From NCBI GenBank assembly GCA_963800785.1, contig CAWDCH010000018.1, positions 717,653 to 781,652 of the forward strand: 64,000 bases of DNA, in the 5' to 3' direction. This stretch comes from Vicinamibacteria bacterium. Its GTDB lineage: Bacteria > Acidobacteriota > Vicinamibacteria > Vicinamibacterales > JAENWD01. A program made the position numbers and the translations under genes. The notes under the pieces were generated by a model. The model had not been told where the DNA came from and did not search any database. It saw only the letters and a program-made list of their open reading frames with translations. Each line of letters opens with the position of its first letter. The stretch's first letter is position 1. Positions 58,472 through 64,000 of the stretch are shown here, piece after piece.

Positions 58472-58566
58472 AATTGCGGATTGCGGATTGCGGATTCGAT
58501 TGCGGATTCGATTGCGGAATGACCGCGTCTCACCAAATCCACAATCCGCAATCCGCAATCCGCAAT
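58472..58566. repeat. Heptamer-array hairpin (GCGGATT)n ... (AATCCGC)n filling the leuA-leuB spacer
   Basis: The left arm is aattgcggattgcggattgcggattcgattgcggattcgattgcggaat and the right arm is aaatccacaatccgcaatccgcaatccgcaatt. The outer 22 nt are perfectly complementary. It ends 4 nt before the leuB ATG. Confidence 0.9.
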
Positions 58567-58570
58567 TGAC

Positions 58571-59635
58571 ATGCTTCTTTCCATCTCCCTGATTCCGGGC
58601 GACGGCGTTGGTCCGGAAGTAGTAGCCGCTGCGGTTGACGTGCTGAATGCCGTCGCCGCAACCTATGGCCACTCGGTCGAAACAACTACACATCTAATGG
58701 GTGGCGCGGCGCTGCGTGCCGGATTGCCAGCGCTGCCACCCGAAACGCTTGCGGCGTGCAAGGCGGCGCGGGCGACGCTGATGGGCGCGGTGGGCGACCC
58801 GGCGTTCGATCACCTGCCGTCGAAAGAGCGGCCTGAGGGCGGGTTGCTGGCGCTTCGTAAGGGGCTTGGGGTCTACGCCAATCTGCGGCCGACGCGCATC
58901 TGGCCGGGTCTCGAGGACGGCGCGCCGCTCAAGCCGGAGATCGCGCGCGGCGCCGATCTGCTGATCGTCCGCGAGCTCACTGGCGGCTTGTACCTCGGCG
59001 AACCACGGCAGATCGATCGCACCAAGGGAGAAGCGTTCAACACGATGCGCTACTCGGTGGCCGAGATCGAGCGCATCGCCCGCGTCGCTTTCGACGCGGC
59101 TCGCAAACGCCGCAAACAGCTCACGTCCGTCGACAAGGCCAACGTCCTCGAGACTTCGCAGTTATGGCGTGCGGTGGTGACCGAGATGGCGCCCGGCTAT
59201 CCCGATGTCACGCTCCAACACATGTACGTGGACTCGTGCGCGATGGCGCTCGTGACCAATCCGGCGCGCTTCGACGTGATCCTCACCGAGAACCTGTTCG
59301 GCGACATCCTCTCCGACGAGGCCGCGGTGATCGCGGGCTCGATCGGTCTCCTGCCATCGGCGAGCCTTGGCGACGGGCCGGGACTCTACGAGCCGGTGCA
59401 CGGCTCCGCGCCTGACATCGCCGGGCAGGATAAGGCCAATCCGATTGGCACAATTGCCTCGCTGGCGATGTTGTTGCGCCACTCCTTCGGGCTGGACGCC
59501 GAGGCAGCCGCTGTGGAGAACGCCCTCGAGCGGACGCTGCTGGCCGGTGCACGAACGGCGGACGTGCGGGGCAGCGGACCGGCGCTGGGGTGTCGCGAGA
59601 TGGCCCTTCGAGTCGCGGCGAGGATTCAGCCGTAA
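58571..59635 (+). CDS. leuB: 3-isopropylmalate dehydrogenase
   Basis: Reads [13 protein letters not shown]...LMGAVGDP...[13 protein letters not shown]...VRELTGGLY...[11 protein letters not shown]...[11 protein letters not shown]...[12 protein letters not shown]. Confidence 0.95.
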   Translation: MLLSISLIPGDGVGPEVVAAAVDVLNAVAATYGHSVETTTHLMGGAALRAGLPALPPETLAACKAARATLMGAVGDPAFDHLPSKERPEGGLLALRKGLGVYANLRPTRIWPGLEDGAPLKPEIARGADLLIVRELTGGLYLGEPRQIDRTKGEAFNTMRYSVAEIERIARVAFDAARKRRKQLTSVDKANVLETSQLWRAVVTEMAPGYPDVTLQHMYVDSCAMALVTNPARFDVILTENLFGDILSDEAAVIAGSIGLLPSASLGDGPGLYEPVHGSAPDIAGQDKANPIGTIASLAMLLRHSFGLDAEAAAVENALERTLLAGARTADVRGSGPALGCREMALRVAARIQP

Positions 59636-59848
59636 TACGAGAGCCGCTCCGTTTCACGCCTGCATCTGTCGAGACGTTGACACTTCGCGCTGACCTTCGC
59701 CAGTTCCGCGGTCCTGGAGTCGGCCGTTTTCAGCGAATTTGAATTCGGCATTGGCCTTGCCCTCCCTCGCACCAAAGAACCGTGCCCGCCAACCAGGCGC
59801 GAGGAGAGTCCAGAGTTAGCGCAGCGCGCGTTGACCGGATGCTGGAAC

Positions 59849-60541
59849 ATGCCGTTTGAGCCGCAGAAATTCGAGCCCTTCCCGTTCCGCCGACACGTTG
59901 TCGAGACGACACACCTGCGCCGCGAGGATGACATCTTCGATGTGCCGGTCCGCTCGGTGGCAGAAGACGTGGAGAATGCGCTCGCCACTCTGCCGGGCGA
60001 CCTGCCGAGAGCCGATCTCTATTCCCTCGCGCTTCTCGCGCATGTCACCGCCAACGTTCCCGGGCACATCGTGGCTATCGGCGCGGGCCAGGGTCGCGCG
60101 GCAGTCGTCCTCGGCCAGGCCGCGCGCGCTACCGGGCGCGGCCGCGTGTTCGCCGTCGATCTGTTCCCCGAACACGACGAGGCGCCAGACGACACGGCGT
60201 CATCACTGGACAGCCTGCTGGGGGTGATGGCAACTCGCAATCTGCTCGAATGGGTGTTGCCGCATCACGGCACCGGCGCCACTTTTGCGCAGCTCATGCC
60301 GCTCGACTTCAGGTGCCGTCTGATGGTGCTCGAGGCCGCGCATGCCTGCTCGGACGTCGCGACCGACATCTTCGCGCTCGAGGGCTACCTTTCGCCCGGC
60401 GGCTGGCTTGCCGTCCATCAGTCGTTCAGCTCGTTCCCTGGCGCGTCGCTTGCCTTGGAGACGTTGTTCCGCCAGCGAAGCCACTTCGAGACAGCACGCC
60501 AGCTCACGCCCACACTGTTTGTGGCCCGCAAGCGAGGATAG
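59849..60541 (+). CDS. Putative class I SAM-dependent methyltransferase-fold protein
   Basis: Contains ...GHIVAIGAGQGRAAVVL (glycine-rich loop), RVFAVDLF and MVLEAAHACSD...LSPGGWLAV. The call is weak. The ATG at 59849 is preferred over the TTG at 59831. Confidence 0.5.
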   Translation: MPFEPQKFEPFPFRRHVVETTHLRREDDIFDVPVRSVAEDVENALATLPGDLPRADLYSLALLAHVTANVPGHIVAIGAGQGRAAVVLGQAARATGRGRVFAVDLFPEHDEAPDDTASSLDSLLGVMATRNLLEWVLPHHGTGATFAQLMPLDFRCRLMVLEAAHACSDVATDIFALEGYLSPGGWLAVHQSFSSFPGASLALETLFRQRSHFETARQLTPTLFVARKRG

Positions 60542-60653
60542 GCTCGCCGATGAGGCACAAGCTCGGAGCTACGAGTTACGAACTCTGAGCGCTGAGCTCC
60601 GAACTCACGCCAAAATACCCGGCGATGCCGTGTTGTGGCCAGCGGGTTGGCGC

Positions 60654-61622
60654 TTACGCCGCAGCGCTTGCTCTGATGGTGATGCCGCCGACGCGCCGGG
60701 GGACGGCGCCGCGTTGTCCGAAGAGAAAGGTGCCGCAACGGGTGAAGCCGAGCGAGGCGTAGAGGGCGCGGGCTGCAGTGTTGTGGCCGCCGACGATCAG
60801 CGTGAGCCGATTCGCGCCGAGCGAGGCGCTTCGGGCCGCTGCACCGAGCAGCAGCCGGCGACCAAGTCCCTGACGACGACTCGAGGGATCAACGACGATC
60901 TGGGCGATGTGCGCGTTGCCACGGGCGAGTTCCGTAGTGACGATGAGCCCCGCGAGGGTGTCCGGCCCATTGCCGGCTACCACGAGGGACGCTTCGGGCA
61001 CCCATGTGCCGACGCTTGGCGTGGAGAAGATCTGGCCCAGATACTGCGCCCATTCGTCGAGCCTCGCGTTTGGCGCAAAGGCGCGCCCGGCCGAGTCGCC
61101 GAGATAGGCACGTGCGAGCAGGCGCACGGCGGCGGCGCCACTCTCGGCGCGTAGCGGTACGAGCGCCAGGTCTTCCATCGCTCGCTCGAGGCCGGGCATC
61201 GTGGTGAGGTTCGCCTCGAGGTACTGATGTTCCTGCAGCTCGAACCGCAGGCGGACGAGCGCACTGGCGACGGATTTTGAGCCCGGATAGAGAAAGCAGG
61301 ACAGGCTCGACGCGAGCTGTGCCTCCGGCGCCGCCATAACGCCGTCGAGCAGTTGGCGAACGCCAGCGGCGGTCGCGGCGTTCACGGCGCCAATCTGCAG
61401 CTGCCGGCCGGCGAGCAGATAGAAGGCCCAGCCTGACGCGTGCCCCTTGTCGTCGCGAAGGATGAAGCCAGGCACTTCCCCTCGCAGGCGCGCCGCTTCA
61501 ACGAGTTTGAGCGTTGGGCCGAGATCCCAATGCAGCGTGTCCAGCCAGCGCCGGCGCTCCGCCTGGAGCAGCGGAACGACCTCCGCGGACGGCACGTCGC
61601 GCCAGTCCTGGGTCAGACTCAC
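60654..61622 (-). CDS. GNAT-family N-acetyltransferase (two-lobed, 322 aa)
   Basis: The C-terminal part is AHIAQIVVDPSSRRQGLGRRLLLGAAARSASLGANRLTLIVGGHNTAARALYASLGF. The GTG start at 61622 overlaps the csrA stop (GTGA). Confidence 0.75.
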   Translation of the reverse strand: MSLTQDWRDVPSAEVVPLLQAERRRWLDTLHWDLGPTLKLVEAARLRGEVPGFILRDDKGHASGWAFYLLAGRQLQIGAVNAATAAGVRQLLDGVMAAPEAQLASSLSCFLYPGSKSVASALVRLRFELQEHQYLEANLTTMPGLERAMEDLALVPLRAESGAAAVRLLARAYLGDSAGRAFAPNARLDEWAQYLGQIFSTPSVGTWVPEASLVVAGNGPDTLAGLIVTTELARGNAHIAQIVVDPSSRRQGLGRRLLLGAAARSASLGANRLTLIVGGHNTAARALYASLGFTRCGTFLFGQRGAVPRRVGGITIRASAAA

Positions 61623-61903
61623 CGATCCCGCTCCTGACCGGCATTGGACACCGGCACGCTCGCGGGCTGATGGCGGGACGGACGATCGCGCCGCTCGGCG
61701 AGGCTCGCCGCCGATGTCGTGGTCGTGGCAGCGACACGATTCTCCTCGCGAGTCTGATCGTAGATTTCGCGGCGGTGTACCGAGATGCTCGACGGCGCGG
61801 TGACTCCGAGTCGCACGCCGCCGCGTCCAACGCGAAGGACGCGCACCTCGATCCCGTCGCCAATGACGATCGCCTCGTGCCGCTTGCGAGTGAACACTAG
61901 CAC
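61619..61903 (-). CDS. csrA: Carbon storage regulator CsrA with extended C-terminal tail
   Basis: MLVFTRKRHEAIVIGDGIEVRVLRVGRGGVRLGVTAPSSISVHRREIY matches the CsrA core. It is followed by a low-complexity tail of about 40 aa. Confidence 0.85.
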   Translation of the reverse strand: MLVFTRKRHEAIVIGDGIEVRVLRVGRGGVRLGVTAPSSISVHRREIYDQTREENRVAATTTTSAASLAERRDRPSRHQPASVPVSNAGQERDR

Positions 61904-62049
61904 GAGCGCGCTCCGTCTTCCGGCAGCGGGTACTCCGCCCGCAACATTCCGTCGAGATCGCCGCTCGAGAACGCCTCTGCAAAACGCGGCGAGACGTCGG
62001 TCACGCTCCGCACCTGGACAGACGTATCCTGCATCGTAGTTATCCGCAT
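61897..62049 (-). CDS. Small hypothetical protein (50 aa) between flgM and csrA
   Basis: Reads MRITTMQDTSVQVRSVTDVSPRFAEAFSSGDLDGMLRAEYPLPEDGARSC. Its stop overlaps the csrA start by 7 nt. The start is uncertain and I recognise no family. Confidence 0.3.
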   Translation of the reverse strand: MRITTMQDTSVQVRSVTDVSPRFAEAFSSGDLDGMLRAEYPLPEDGARSC

Positions 62050-62071
62050 TCGGGACATCCTGCTGGGTGCA

Positions 62072-62362
62072 TTAGCGCTCCAGCAGATTGTCGATGAGCC
62101 TCTCAGCGATCGACCACGGGTCTCGTCCGACACTGCCGGCGGCAACTGCCTTCCTCGCGGCGTCGACCCGGTCTGTGCGTATTGCTGGCGCGGCGGCGAC
62201 CGCCGACACGGCGGTGCATACCAGGTGGACGTCCGACGGAATCTGTGCGGGATCGCGGCTGTCGGCCGGGCGTCCGGTCTTCGTCGACCGACCGACGCTC
62301 GTCTCGTCGACTCCCGGCGTGCCGAGGGCCTCGGCGGTCTGGCGGCCCTCTTCGATCTTCAT
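62072..62362 (-). CDS. flgM: Anti-sigma-28 factor FlgM
   Basis: It is 96 aa. The C-terminal RTDRVDAARKAVAAGSVGRDPWSIAERLIDNLL matches the FlgM sigma-binding helices. A GAGG SD precedes ATG 62362. It lies downstream of fliA. Confidence 0.7.
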   Translation of the reverse strand: MKIEEGRQTAEALGTPGVDETSVGRSTKTGRPADSRDPAQIPSDVHLVCTAVSAVAAAPAIRTDRVDAARKAVAAGSVGRDPWSIAERLIDNLLER

Positions 62363-62405
62363 GCCTGGTGCCTCTGCGGCTGACCTGGGGGAACAGCCAC
62401 TCACT

Positions 62406-62434
62406 GAATCGGCACCGATCGACAAATCCGTTAA
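62406..62434 (-). promoter_or_regulatory. Possible sigma-28 (FliA) promoter upstream of flgM
   Basis: The minus strand reads TTTTAAC-ggatttgtcgatcggt-GCCGATTC, against the consensus TAAA-N15-GCCGATAA. The -10 matches 6 of 8 and the spacer is one nt longer than consensus. It ends about 44 nt before the ATG. Confidence 0.3.
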
Positions 62435-62666
62435 AATGGTCAGCAACCCTAAACCTTGCAGCGGTTTACGCTGGGTCCTCCAGTCGGCCACCTACCAGGC
62501 CGCGAAGGACGACCAGGTCCAGTCGAGGCGGCCGGCGCAAATGGTCCGGGCCATGTCCGAGGGCCATCACCCACCGGACGCTGCTCGGACGAGCACGAGT
62601 ACCTGGTCCGTATGCCAGATTCGTGCTCAATAGCGGCGCGCGGGGGCTCTCTCTTCCCCCACGTGG

Positions 62667-63434
62667 TCACGCGGCGTTTCGCTGATTGCGATCGATGCCG
62701 ATCTTGTCTGCGAGCGATTCGCGCAGGCTCGCGCGCAACCGCGCGAGTGACAGCGAGCGCAATTGCGATACACGCGATTCACAGACGCCGATGACGGCGC
62801 CAATCTCTGCCATCGTCAGCTCTTCTTCGTAGTAGAGCGCGAGAATCTGGCGCTCGCGATCGGGCAGTTCCATGAGGGCGCGGGCGAGGTGCTCGTGGAG
62901 CTCTGTTCGCTCGAGCCGCGCCTCAGGGCCCTCCTCTGGATCGATTGCCAGCTCCAGAAGCGAGACGCCATCCGAATTGGCCGCATCGAGATGACGGAGC
63001 ACACCGAGCTCGAGCGACTTCACCCGATCGAGCAGCCGCTCGTACTCGATCTCCGAGAGGTTCATGGCTTCGGCAATTTCGACGTCTTCAGGCTCGCGCC
63101 TCAATTTGTGGCGAAGCTGGCTGATGGCCGTATCGAGATCGCGGCGCATCTTGCGCAGCGACCTCGGCGCCCAATCGAGGTCGCGCAGGGCATCGAGCAT
63201 CGCCCCCTGCACGCGCCGACGCGCGAAGGCGTCGAACGGCACGCCCGTCGACGGCTTGTAACGCGTCGCCGCGTCGATGAGCCCAAGCACCCCCACTCCG
63301 ACGAGATCGCTTATCTCGACCTGCGCCGGCAGCCGATGAGCGAGACGTTGCGCGACCGCCTTGACGAGGCTGACGTGCTGCAGCACCAGAGCGTCGCGGT
63401 CGGCCGGCTGTTCCGCCGTCGGTCCTAGACGCAT
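62667..63434 (-). CDS. fliA: Flagellar sigma factor FliA (sigma-28)
   Basis: Reads LVLQHVSLVKAVAQRLAHRLPAQVEISDLVGVGVLGLIDAATRY...FARRRVQGAMLDALR...LYYEEELTMAEIGAVIGVCESRVSQL. The start is taken at MRLGPT (63434). The track start at 63491 lies in flgD-like sequence. Confidence 0.85.
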   Translation of the reverse strand: MRLGPTAEQPADRDALVLQHVSLVKAVAQRLAHRLPAQVEISDLVGVGVLGLIDAATRYKPSTGVPFDAFARRRVQGAMLDALRDLDWAPRSLRKMRRDLDTAISQLRHKLRREPEDVEIAEAMNLSEIEYERLLDRVKSLELGVLRHLDAANSDGVSLLELAIDPEEGPEARLERTELHEHLARALMELPDRERQILALYYEEELTMAEIGAVIGVCESRVSQLRSLSLARLRASLRESLADKIGIDRNQRNAA

Positions 63435-63465
63435 GAGGTCTCCGCGGGACCGCTGGGGGAGCGTG

Positions 63466-63630
63466 CCGTCGCGGGGGCTGACGAAGTCCATGCTCTCCGA
63501 AGGGCTGCAACTGGGTGACCAGCAGCGTCAGGAACGCATCACGGCCCAAACTATCGGAATTCCGGGGGGTTGTCGGTCCTGTGCCTGCGCCAGTTGACGT
63601 CTGGCCGGCACACGTCGTCGGACTAACCAT
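63466..63630 (-). pseudogene. flgD: N-terminal remnant of the flagellar hook-cap gene flgD
   Basis: ATG 63630 gives MVSPTTCAGQTSTGAGTGPTTPRNSDSLGRDAFLTLLVTQLQ, which is the FlgD F-L-x-L-L-V-x-Q-L-Q signature. Only about 55 codons are available before fliA begins. Confidence 0.5.
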
Positions 63631-63910
63631 CGCGTCTCCCACCCAGGGGTCCCGGTGCAGTGGACCCCCGATACCTGGCCGATTCGGACTTTCCGCGCAA
63701 GGTGTCGGTTTTCCGCCTCGGAGGCCTGTCGTTCGGACACTCGTTGGACGATAACCTCGTCTGAGCGACGCCGAACCGCATGACGTGGACGAGTGGAGCG
63801 GGCATGCAGCCGGCTGACACTGCCGATGAGGGGGACAGGTCGGCGGCGCCGGCGGCCGCAGGACGCCAAGCCCGTCCACACCAGGGAGTTGCAGGTCGCG
63901 GACAATCAGG

Positions 63911-64000
63911 CTATACCGGGACGCTAACGGCTCGATTCAGCAACCCGCGCAGCGTCAGTCCGACGTCTGCCAGCAGGCGGCCGCGGTCGAGCAGGTACTC
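63911..64000 (-). CDS. 3' end of an unidentified gene running off the window
   Basis: Reads ...EYLLDRGRLLADVGLTLRGLLNRAVSVPV, stop 63911-63913. It is open to the window edge and too short to classify. Confidence 0.35.
   Translation of the reverse strand, partial: EYLLDRGRLLADVGLTLRGLLNRAVSVPV

Noticed and set aside
63660-63720. GGAAAGTCCG on the minus strand, resembling the RNase P RNA core motif
   Set aside because: It is followed by AAT rather than GGC. The other universally conserved RNase P segments are not visible in the surrounding roughly 400 nt.

Overview
Visibly GC-rich bacterial chromosomal segment. It is most plausibly Acidobacteriota; this is an inference from three ADOP-type duplicated FtsX/MacB-like orphan permeases, a PadR partner and many Tat-signal oxidoreductases. 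I support about 60 protein genes. They include housekeeping genes (apt, acyP, surE, moaA, leuC/leuD, leuA/leuB), sugar-acid enzymes, two ECF-type sigma modules, a VTC-DUF4956-CotH operon and a fliA-flgM-csrA regulatory cluster. There are two tRNAs (Arg-CCT, Pro-CGG), and each sits at an integration scar. At least ten genes are disrupted by frameshifts, truncations or remnants, while all long neighbouring ORFs are intact. Intergenic DNA is dominated by an unusual class of elements: arrays and hairpins whose arms are tandem runs of short (7-10 nt) units, with a different unit sequence at each locus. This includes a 1.08 kb non-coding tract with 3.5 copies of a 144-bp repeat. I recognised no rRNA, CRISPR array, transposase or canonical defence system. 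The best candidates for undescribed biology are the short-unit hairpin/array class with the 144-bp array, the VTC-DUF4956-CotH membrane operon, the tandem pair of large paralogous secreted proteins, and the FliW-less csrA-GNAT module beside a truncated flgD. All protein family calls come from reading motifs in the supplied translations. No database search was run.
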